Shown here: piece after piece, positions 56,808 through 64,000 of the stretch
How positions within the stretch are numbered: the first letter of the stretch is position 1
Layout: the number at the start of each line of letters is the position of its first letter
Origin: Acidobacteriota bacterium
GTDB taxonomy: Bacteria; Acidobacteriota; UBA6911; RPQK01; JAJDTT01
Direction of reading: 5' to 3'
DNA length: 64,000 nt
Assembly: GCA_965263035.1 (NCBI GenBank)
Contig: OZ253580.1
Span: 1,856,001-1,920,000, forward strand
Translations under genes and position numbers: made by a program
Notes under the pieces: model-generated
Seen by the model: the letters and a program-made list of their open reading frames with translations, nothing else
Told to the model about the DNA's origin: nothing
The model's database searches: none

Positions 56808-58253
56808 ATGAGTGACCTGCAGCTGACGGCGGGGGTTGGGCGCATCGACATCACGCCGCCCGTGGGCTTCCGTTTGGAAGGAGCCATGCGCCGGGTGGAT
56901 CCTTCCGTGGGGGTCGAGTCGCCGCTCCTGGCCACGGCGCTGGTCCTGGCGGACGAGCGAACCAAGATCGTCCTCCTCGACTGCGACCTGGTCGGTTTCG
57001 ACATGCCGTTGGCGGCGAAGATCCGCCAGGTCATTGCCGACCGGGTCGGGACATCTCCCGGCTGCGTGGCAGTGGGCTGCACCCATACCCACAACGGCCC
57101 CTGTACCGCACGCGGCATCCTGGGTGGCGTGCATCACGTCGCCGGCGACCCGGCCGAGATTCAGGCCCTCGACGCCTATATCGAGGACCTGGTGAACCGC
57201 CTCGCCGGATTGGCGGTGCTTGCGGACGGCGACCGCAGGCCCGCGCGCGCGGCGGCTGGAAGCGGGCACGCCGCGGTGGCCGTGAACCGGGAGGAACGGG
57301 CGCCCGAGGACGGCCTCGTCGTGGTCGGGCGAAATCCCGACGGGACCACCGACCATAGTGTCGACGTTCTGCGGGTGGACGATCTCGACGGAAACCCCAT
57401 CGCCGTGGTAGCCAGCTATGCAGCCCATCCGGTGGTCATGGGCTACGAGACGTACCTCCTGAGCCAGGACTTTCCCGGCGTCGTCCGCCGAGTCGTGGAA
57501 CAGGCGACCGGAGCCACCTGCCTCTACCTCACCGGGGCCGCCGGGAACCAGGCGTGCTATTCATTTCTGCAGAGTGATTGGGGCGAAAAGGAACGTACCG
57601 GCGGAATCGTCGGCGCCGCCGCGCTGCAAGCATTCTACGGCATCGAGACGCGCCCCCACGAGGAAATCCGGGAACGCGGCCTCTCGCTCTCCCGGATCGC
57701 CCTCTACCACAAGGAATTCAAGGACGGCCCCACCCACAAGGTCCTGAGTGCGGCCAGCCGCCAGGTTGCGCTGCCCTTGCAGCCGCTGCCCTCCCTGGAT
57801 CAGGCGGAGGCCCAGTACGCCGAGGCCGCCGCCAATGTGAGGAAGCTGGTGGGAAAAGGCGCCGACACGACCGAGGTCTGTCCCGCCCAGTTGGTGGAGG
57901 TCTGGGCCAAGGGCGTCCTGGACAAGGTCAGGGCCGGCGTTCGGGAATACTCTTTGTCGTTCGATATCGTGGCCTTCCGGCTGGATGATTTCGTGCTGGT
58001 GGCGCAGCCGGGAGAGCCCTTCGTGGAGATCGGGTTGGGGGTCAAGAAACGATCCAAGGCCAAGCACACCATGTTCGGAGGGTACTGCAACGGGGTTCTG
58101 GCCTACCTGCCCACGGCCGCGACGGTGGCTCAGGGAGGCATGTCGGTGGAAGCGGCCGTCCGGACCTACGACATCCCGGCGCCTCCCGTGGCCGAAACGG
58201 TGGATCTCCTCGTCGAAGAGTATGGGGAACTCCTGAATGAGGTCGGCCTCTGA
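56808..58253 (+). CDS. Neutral/alkaline ceramidase-family hydrolase
   Basis: AGVGRIDITPP, THTHNGP, YAAHP, SQDFPG, GAAGN, PGEPF. Confidence 0.8.
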   Translation: MSDLQLTAGVGRIDITPPVGFRLEGAMRRVDPSVGVESPLLATALVLADERTKIVLLDCDLVGFDMPLAAKIRQVIADRVGTSPGCVAVGCTHTHNGPCTARGILGGVHHVAGDPAEIQALDAYIEDLVNRLAGLAVLADGDRRPARAAAGSGHAAVAVNREERAPEDGLVVVGRNPDGTTDHSVDVLRVDDLDGNPIAVVASYAAHPVVMGYETYLLSQDFPGVVRRVVEQATGATCLYLTGAAGNQACYSFLQSDWGEKERTGGIVGAAALQAFYGIETRPHEEIRERGLSLSRIALYHKEFKDGPTHKVLSAASRQVALPLQPLPSLDQAEAQYAEAAANVRKLVGKGADTTEVCPAQLVEVWAKGVLDKVRAGVREYSLSFDIVAFRLDDFVLVAQPGEPFVEIGLGVKKRSKAKHTMFGGYCNGVLAYLPTAATVAQGGMSVEAAVRTYDIPAPPVAETVDLLVEEYGELLNEVGL

Positions 58254-59322
58254 TCTGAATCCCGAGGATGGCTTGGTCTCCAGGCTCGGATATCCCGATT
58301 CTCGACCCGTTCGAGGCGGAGCAAATCGTTGGCGTCCTCCGTTCGCCGGCCTCGGGTCGATTCTGGCCGTCTTCATCGCCGCCGGCCTCGTCTTCTCCCA
58401 GCCCCGGCTCGACCTCCAGATTCTGGAGAAGTTCCAACAAGGCCGCTTTCAGGAAGCCTCGGTGCTGGCCCGCCGGGCCGTCGAGCGGGACGGCTCGAAT
58501 GCCGTCTACCAGGAACTCTACGGCATGGTGCTGGCCGCCCTGGAAAAGAACGAGGAGGCGGAGAAACATCTTCGCAGGGCGGTCGAACTGCGGCCCCGGC
58601 AGGCCGAGTTTCACTACAATCTGGCCCAATTCCTGCTCGACCGCCAAGAGGCGTCGGGACTGCACCCCTTCGATCCCAGGGCCAGGCGGCTCATGGAGGA
58701 CGCGATCACCCCGTTGAAGCGGGTGCTGGAACTGAGCCCCGGCAACGTCGAAGCGAGGATGTCCCTGGCGCGCAACTACAACAACCTGAACTTCAGCAAG
58801 ATGGCGCTCAAGGAGTATTCCACCGTCGCCTCCGGCGAACCGAACCGGTCCTGGCTCAATTTTCAGATGGGCATGCTTCATTCCAACCTGTCCAGCCCGG
58901 TGAAAGCGGTGGCCGCCTTCAGGAGAGAGATTGACCTCTATCCCGACCACGCCAGGGCCCGGCTGGAGCTCGCCGAGATCCTGCTGCAACAGGGGAAGGT
59001 GGAGGAGGCGAAGCGCCATCTGTTGCGGGCGGAACCCGGGCTCGAAGACTCCCTGAAACACCGCGCCTACTTCCTTCTGGCCAAAGTTCACAGGAATCTC
59101 GGTCAGGCCCACGATGCCTTGGCGGCCGTGCGCAGAAGCATCGACCTGTGTCCGTCGTTCATCGCTCCCAACTATCTTCTGGCCCAGCTCTACCGGGAGG
59201 CGGGAGAGCTCGACCTCGCACGGCGGACCTTGGAGCGGGTGGAACGGCTGAGATCGGAGGATTCGTCAGCGGCAGACCCCTTCGCCTTCCGGGAAGGCCA
59301 CTGTCCGGGGCGGACCCGATGA
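58237..59322 (+). CDS. Tetratricopeptide repeat protein
   Basis: Repeated helical TPR units (AVELRP..HYNLA, LELSP..ARMSLA); start uncertain. Confidence 0.8.
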   Translation: MRSASDLNPEDGLVSRLGYPDSRPVRGGANRWRPPFAGLGSILAVFIAAGLVFSQPRLDLQILEKFQQGRFQEASVLARRAVERDGSNAVYQELYGMVLAALEKNEEAEKHLRRAVELRPRQAEFHYNLAQFLLDRQEASGLHPFDPRARRLMEDAITPLKRVLELSPGNVEARMSLARNYNNLNFSKMALKEYSTVASGEPNRSWLNFQMGMLHSNLSSPVKAVAAFRREIDLYPDHARARLELAEILLQQGKVEEAKRHLLRAEPGLEDSLKHRAYFLLAKVHRNLGQAHDALAAVRRSIDLCPSFIAPNYLLAQLYREAGELDLARRTLERVERLRSEDSSAADPFAFREGHCPGRTR

Positions 59323-59389
59323 GAGACGGCCGCAGGTCCAGTCGGCTCGGTCCGGCCACCGCGGCACCGTCCGGAGTTCGATACCGAAT

Positions 59390-61042
59390 ATGCTGAGCCT
59401 GTGGCTGGTCCTCTCCTTATCCACGATCCGGTTCACCGACGTCGCCGAGACGGCGGGATTGGAGTTCCGCCACTTCAGCGGAAACCCGGAAAAGAAATTC
59501 CTGCTGGAAGTCGACGGCGGTGGAATCGCCTGGATCGACTACGACCGGGACGGTTGGCCCGATCTCTACCTGGTCAACGGCGGGCGCTGGGAGGAACTGC
59601 TGGCGGGAAAGCGGACCGTTTCCAATTCGCTCTTTCGCAACAACCGGGACGGCACTTTTTCCGACGTCACGGCTAAGGCCCGAGTCGGCGGCGGCGCCTG
59701 GGGAATGGGCGCGGCCGTGGCCGACTATGACAACGATGGCTGGCCCGACCTGTACGTGTGCAACTACGGCCCCAATGCGCTCTTTCGCAACAACGGCGAC
59801 GGCACCTTCACCGACGTGGCCTCGGAAGCGGGCACGGGCGATCCCCGTTGGGGCTCCAGCGCCGCCTTCGCCGACTACGACGGGGACGGCTGGCTGGACC
59901 TGTACCTCACCAATTACGTCAAGTTCGACCATCGCCGGCCCCCGGCGCCGACCTGCGGATACCGCGGCATCCAGGTCGCCTGCGGGCCCCAGGGACTGAC
60001 TCCGGACGGCGATGTCCTCTACCGCAACAACGGCGACGGCACCTTCACCGACGTGACCTCAGGCGCGGGGGTGGCGGTCCGGCCCGCTTTCGGACTGGGT
60101 GTCCTCTGGTTCGACTCGGACAACGACGGAGACCCGGACCTCTACGTCGCCAACGACTCCATGGCAAACTTCCTCTTCCTGAACCATGGGGACGGGACCT
60201 TCCAGGAGGCCGGGCTTCTTTCCTCCGTCGCCTATGACGAGGACGGCAAGGAGCAGGCCGGAATGGGGGTCGCCGCCGGCGACTACGATCGGGACGGACA
60301 CTTCGACCTCTACGTGACCAACTTCTCCGACGACTACAACACCCTCTACCGCAACCTGGGAAACGGTTTTTTTCGCGATGTCACCTACGCCGCGGGCCTG
60401 GGCACGGCCACTTGGCCGTTCCTGGCCTGGGGAACCGGTTTTGCGGACTTCGACAACGACGAGTGGGAAGACCTGTTCGTCTCCAACGGCCACATCTATC
60501 CCCAAGTCGATGACTACGAAATCGGATCGACCTACCTGGAGCGCAACCAGTTCTTCCTGAATCTCGGAAACGGCAAGTTCCAGGAGATCAAGGGCGCCTT
60601 CAAGGGAGGAGGAGAACGACCCCGTTCCAGCCGGGGCTCGGCCTTCGCCGACTATGACAACGACGGGGACCTGGACATCGGGATCAACAACCTGGACGGG
60701 GCCCCTTCACTGCTGAGGAACGACGGGCCTCAGAGCGCCCGGCACTGGCTGATCCTGGCCTTGGAAGGCGTGCGCTCGAACCGGAGCGCCATCGGGACCC
60801 GCGTGACTATGGAAACCGAGACCGGGAGACAGATGCGGGAGGTGTCCGGGGGCTCCAGCTACCAGGCCAGTAACGACCTGCGGGTCCATTTCGGGCTGGC
60901 CTCCGCTGGCCGTGTGCGGCTGCTGATGGTCCGGTGGCCCAGCGGAGAGGTCCAGAGGTTTCAGGACGTCGGCGCCGACCGGCACTACCGCCTCCGGGAA
61001 GGGGGGGAGCTCCAGCCGTTTGTAGCCGACCGGCGCGACTGA
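59390..61042 (+). CDS. CRTAC1-family protein (FG-GAP/VCBS repeats + ASPIC/UnbV)
   Basis: DYDxDGWxDLY repeats, NRSAIG, HFGL, VRWPSG. Confidence 0.92.
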   Translation: MLSLWLVLSLSTIRFTDVAETAGLEFRHFSGNPEKKFLLEVDGGGIAWIDYDRDGWPDLYLVNGGRWEELLAGKRTVSNSLFRNNRDGTFSDVTAKARVGGGAWGMGAAVADYDNDGWPDLYVCNYGPNALFRNNGDGTFTDVASEAGTGDPRWGSSAAFADYDGDGWLDLYLTNYVKFDHRRPPAPTCGYRGIQVACGPQGLTPDGDVLYRNNGDGTFTDVTSGAGVAVRPAFGLGVLWFDSDNDGDPDLYVANDSMANFLFLNHGDGTFQEAGLLSSVAYDEDGKEQAGMGVAAGDYDRDGHFDLYVTNFSDDYNTLYRNLGNGFFRDVTYAAGLGTATWPFLAWGTGFADFDNDEWEDLFVSNGHIYPQVDDYEIGSTYLERNQFFLNLGNGKFQEIKGAFKGGGERPRSSRGSAFADYDNDGDLDIGINNLDGAPSLLRNDGPQSARHWLILALEGVRSNRSAIGTRVTMETETGRQMREVSGGSSYQASNDLRVHFGLASAGRVRLLMVRWPSGEVQRFQDVGADRHYRLREGGELQPFVADRRD

Positions 61043-61097
61043 CGGCCGGTAAGGAAAATCGTCTTGGAGATCGTGCCGGCCCGGTGAAAAGTTCCGG

Positions 61098-61943
61098 CTA
61101 TCCCAGGATGTCTTCCGTGGCCGTCGTGATGACCTCATAGGCATCCGGCCGGCGATCCCGAAACATGAAGTAGCGGTTGCGGACCTCGTTCACCCGGTCC
61201 AACCCGATATCCCCGTAGATGACCGTCTCGCCGGACGCCGGGGCCTCGGCCACGATCCCGCCTTCGGGATCCACGATGATGCTCTTCCCGCCCAGAATGA
61301 AGGTTTCGCCGCCGGGAAGGTGAAGTTCTCCGACGGCATTGCAGGCGGCCACGTAGGCGCCGTTTTCGAAGGCCCGGGTGATGATCATGTGTTCCCAGAT
61401 CCCTCCCTCGGTGGTGGAGGCTCCGAAGGGCGCCAGGATCAGTTCCGCCCCGTTCAGGGCCAGGCAGCGGGCCGGTTCGGGCAACAGAGTGTCGTAGCAG
61501 AGCATGGTGCCGACCCGCCACTCGCCGACCGGCGCCACGGGAAACTTGGATCCGCCCCGGTAGAAGAGTTTTTCCAGGCCTCTCCGGGCCGGGACGTGGA
61601 CCTTCCGGTACTTGCTGACGATCTCGCCCTTCGGGTTCACCATCATGGAGGTGTTGTAGAAGAGGCCGGGACCCTGGCGCTCATAGATGGTGGACGCGAT
61701 GTGGACCCGGTGCTGCCGCGCCTTTTCCCGGACCGCCGCGGTGGCCTCCCCGTCCTCGCTGTCGGCCAGGTCGTAGAAGCTGTAGTCCACCGACAAGGGG
61801 AAATACCCGGTGCTCCAGAATTCGGGAAGGACCAGAAGTTCGGCCCCCTCGCCCGCCGCCTCGTCGATGAAGCGGGACGCTCGGGCAATGTTCTTGTCGA
61901 GTCCGCCGATGGCGCTCTCCATCTGTATCAGCGCTAGTCTCAT
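61098..61943 (-). CDS. Carbon-nitrogen hydrolase (nitrilase superfamily)
   Basis: LPEFW, YRKVH, LCYD catalytic E-K-C. Confidence 0.92.
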   Translation of the reverse strand: MRLALIQMESAIGGLDKNIARASRFIDEAAGEGAELLVLPEFWSTGYFPLSVDYSFYDLADSEDGEATAAVREKARQHRVHIASTIYERQGPGLFYNTSMMVNPKGEIVSKYRKVHVPARRGLEKLFYRGGSKFPVAPVGEWRVGTMLCYDTLLPEPARCLALNGAELILAPFGASTTEGGIWEHMIITRAFENGAYVAACNAVGELHLPGGETFILGGKSIIVDPEGGIVAEAPASGETVIYGDIGLDRVNEVRNRYFMFRDRRPDAYEVITTATEDILG

Positions 61944-62008
61944 GGTTCATGCCTCCCTTCCCCGCAGCCCGCCCGGACCAGGCTGCCATTGCCGCAGGTC
62001 TGCGGTGT

Positions 62009-63217
62009 CTAACCCAACTGAGTATTTCCGCCAGTCAGCCACTCCAGATTGAAACGGGCGAAGCTGATCCGTTCGTAGGGACTGTCGGCGCCATTTTCGT
62101 AAAGCAGGCCGACTGTGCCGTCCTCCAGCACCGCGAGGCAGGAATAGGCCGACGGGCCCGAATGAACGACTCTGGAGACGGACCAGGACTTCCCCGAGTC
62201 GAGACTCAACCGAACCGTCATGTTGACCCTGTCCTGGCGGTGGGCGGGGTTCGAGAACAGGAGCCGATCCTGGTCAGTGCCGCCGCCACCGGCATCATAC
62301 CGGATGAACGACGCCTGACATCTGGGTTCGATCAAAGCAGTGTCATGTCTCAGCTCCGACCAGGTCTCACCACCGTCGCTGGACGTGGCGACGGCGCGGC
62401 ATCCCCTTCCATGGTAGCTCCGCATGTTGAGCATCAGGTCTCCGTTGTCCAGCTCGACGACCTGGCATTCATTGGTGGCGGGTCCGGCGCCCGACCCCAT
62501 TGTCCAGGTGTAGCCCCCGTCGCCGCTGTAGGCAACGGATGAGAAATCCCCTGTGTGACCGGACTCATCCGTGCGGCGCGAATAACACGGTGCGACGAGA
62601 CGTCCATCTCTCGTCTGTACCCCCCGGCCCGGAGCGGCCATGACGGCCAGCCAACCCTCTCGGGTGAGTTGGTGTGTGATGTCCGCGGGTCCGGACCAGG
62701 TTTGTCCATCGTCTTCGCTGACGATGGCGTGCAGCGTGATGATCCGGCCGGTCCGGTCCGGTTTCACGCCTACGGGCAGGGTCTCGTTCGCCCGCTCCAG
62801 AGACTCGGAATCGGGCCAGACATGATCGTAGATCACCCAGACGTTTCCCGTCTGCCCATCCACCAGCAGGCAAGGATCGCAGGCCGCCCGGCGCCCGGGG
62901 AAGTCCGCGATGACGGTCATTTCCGACCAGGTCTCGCCTTGGTCCAAGCTGCGTTTCAGGACCAGATCGATGTTGTTGGGGGCATCTCCCGGTTCCTCCA
63001 CCCGAGCGTCACAGAGGGCCAGCAGCGTCCCCTTCACCGTCGTCACCAGGGCTGGAATCCGGTATTCCCGAACCCCGTTTGCGCCGGCGACGAAGAGGTC
63101 CTCTCGCCGGAAAAAGGGACCCGTCCGCAGGGGCGGCGACGGTCTGCAGAAAGACATCCCTCCCGTCGCCATGAGGGCCGACTTGAGAAAATCCCGGCGT
63201 TTCCATGCGTTACTCAT
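62009..63217 (-). CDS. Exo-alpha-sialidase (GH33) with Tat signal
   Basis: KRRDFL; YRIP motif; Asp boxes SLDQGETW, SEDDGQTW, SSDGGETW, SLDSGKSW; AYS. Confidence 0.92.
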   Translation of the reverse strand: MSNAWKRRDFLKSALMATGGMSFCRPSPPLRTGPFFRREDLFVAGANGVREYRIPALVTTVKGTLLALCDARVEEPGDAPNNIDLVLKRSLDQGETWSEMTVIADFPGRRAACDPCLLVDGQTGNVWVIYDHVWPDSESLERANETLPVGVKPDRTGRIITLHAIVSEDDGQTWSGPADITHQLTREGWLAVMAAPGRGVQTRDGRLVAPCYSRRTDESGHTGDFSSVAYSGDGGYTWTMGSGAGPATNECQVVELDNGDLMLNMRSYHGRGCRAVATSSDGGETWSELRHDTALIEPRCQASFIRYDAGGGGTDQDRLLFSNPAHRQDRVNMTVRLSLDSGKSWSVSRVVHSGPSAYSCLAVLEDGTVGLLYENGADSPYERISFARFNLEWLTGGNTQLG

Positions 63218-63241
63218 GCTGAATGCTCCCTTCGCTTGTAA

Positions 63242-64000
63242 TCAGGGTTCGTCCGCAACCGTTTCCTCGCGGGTCCCGATCCGATTGGCCGGCAAGTCAA
63301 AGAGTCGGCGGCTGGAAGCCGCCGCTCCCGCCTCCTCGATGGTCAGGATCCGGTTGGCGGGCAGCGCCTGCAGCGCCTGCGTCCGGCCGCTCGGCCAGTC
63401 GACCCGGAGGCGATCCACCGCGGAGGACCGACCCAACCCAAGATGCACCCGAGGATCCTGGCTTGACAGATAGCTGGCCGACCGCTGGACCTGAGTCACG
63501 ACGACCCGATCGCCGATATGGGCGGTGAGGCGAGTCCCGATACCGTCCCGATTGCTCTTGGTGCCGACCAGCTTCAGTAGCAGCCAGTTGTTTCGATTGC
63601 CGCCGTCGTTCCGAAGCAACTGCACACCCCCGGCGTTGTTGGTCACCAGCACGTCGACGTCGCCGTCGTTGTCGATGTCGGCAAAGGCCGCGCCCCGCCC
63701 CACGCCCTGGACCGAAAAGCAGTCCCCCGATTCCCGCGACCGTTCCCGGAACTTTCCCTCCTGATTGTCATAGAGGAGCTTCTCCTGGGGGAAGCTGGTG
63801 TCGTCCCGGTACTCGGCAATGCGGGGGATCACGTGCCCGTTCACGGCCATCACGTCCAGGTCGGCGTCGTTGTCATAGTCGAAGAAGCGGACCCCGAACC
63901 CCACCTTCAGAAAACTGTTCTTGCGGATGCCGGTGTGGCGCGTGACTTCCGCGAACGAACCATCCCCCGCGTTGCGGAACAGCGCGTTTCCCTCGGAGGT
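63242..64000 (-). CDS. CRTAC1-family protein, C-terminal part (5' end beyond window)
   Basis: DYDNDADLD, DIDNDGDVD, SNRDGIG, HLGLG, VDWPSG. Confidence 0.88.
   Translation of the reverse strand, partial: TSEGNALFRNAGDGSFAEVTRHTGIRKNSFLKVGFGVRFFDYDNDADLDVMAVNGHVIPRIAEYRDDTSFPQEKLLYDNQEGKFRERSRESGDCFSVQGVGRGAAFADIDNDGDVDVLVTNNAGGVQLLRNDGGNRNNWLLLKLVGTKSNRDGIGTRLTAHIGDRVVVTQVQRSASYLSSQDPRVHLGLGRSSAVDRLRVDWPSGRTQALQALPANRILTIEEAGAAASSRRLFDLPANRIGTREETVADEP

Noticed and set aside
1-64000. CRISPR array or cas locus associated with the TnpB/Cas12-like protein
   Set aside because: No regularly spaced direct repeats with unique spacers and no cas genes seen

Overview
GC-rich bacterial window. Its gene content (Oar-type TonB receptors, DUF1501/PSD1 cytochrome pairs, CRTAC1/ASPIC, sialidases, beta-propeller hydrolases) resembles Acidobacteriota or Planctomycetota; this is inference only. 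Most of it is catabolic and envelope genes plus a vitamin B12 uptake region with two cobalamin riboswitches. The mobile DNA is the most notable part. (1) A catalytically intact tnpB sits alone in a 1228-bp cassette (30862-32089) with 22-bp terminal inverted repeats and an 8-bp target-site duplication, which are DDE/IS1595-like ends rather than IS200/IS605 ends. Its predicted omega-RNA runs into the inverted repeat, so the guide may be the transposon end itself. (2) An IS110 element (897-2450) is inserted in a REP array, and all four bridge-RNA guide segments can be matched by eye to its target and donor junctions. (3) Five copies of a 163-bp MITE are present. (4) A tRNA-Arg-adjacent islet encodes a SAMHD1-like HD dNTPase coupled to a YwgA/SocA-like protein. 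No CRISPR array or rRNA was seen.
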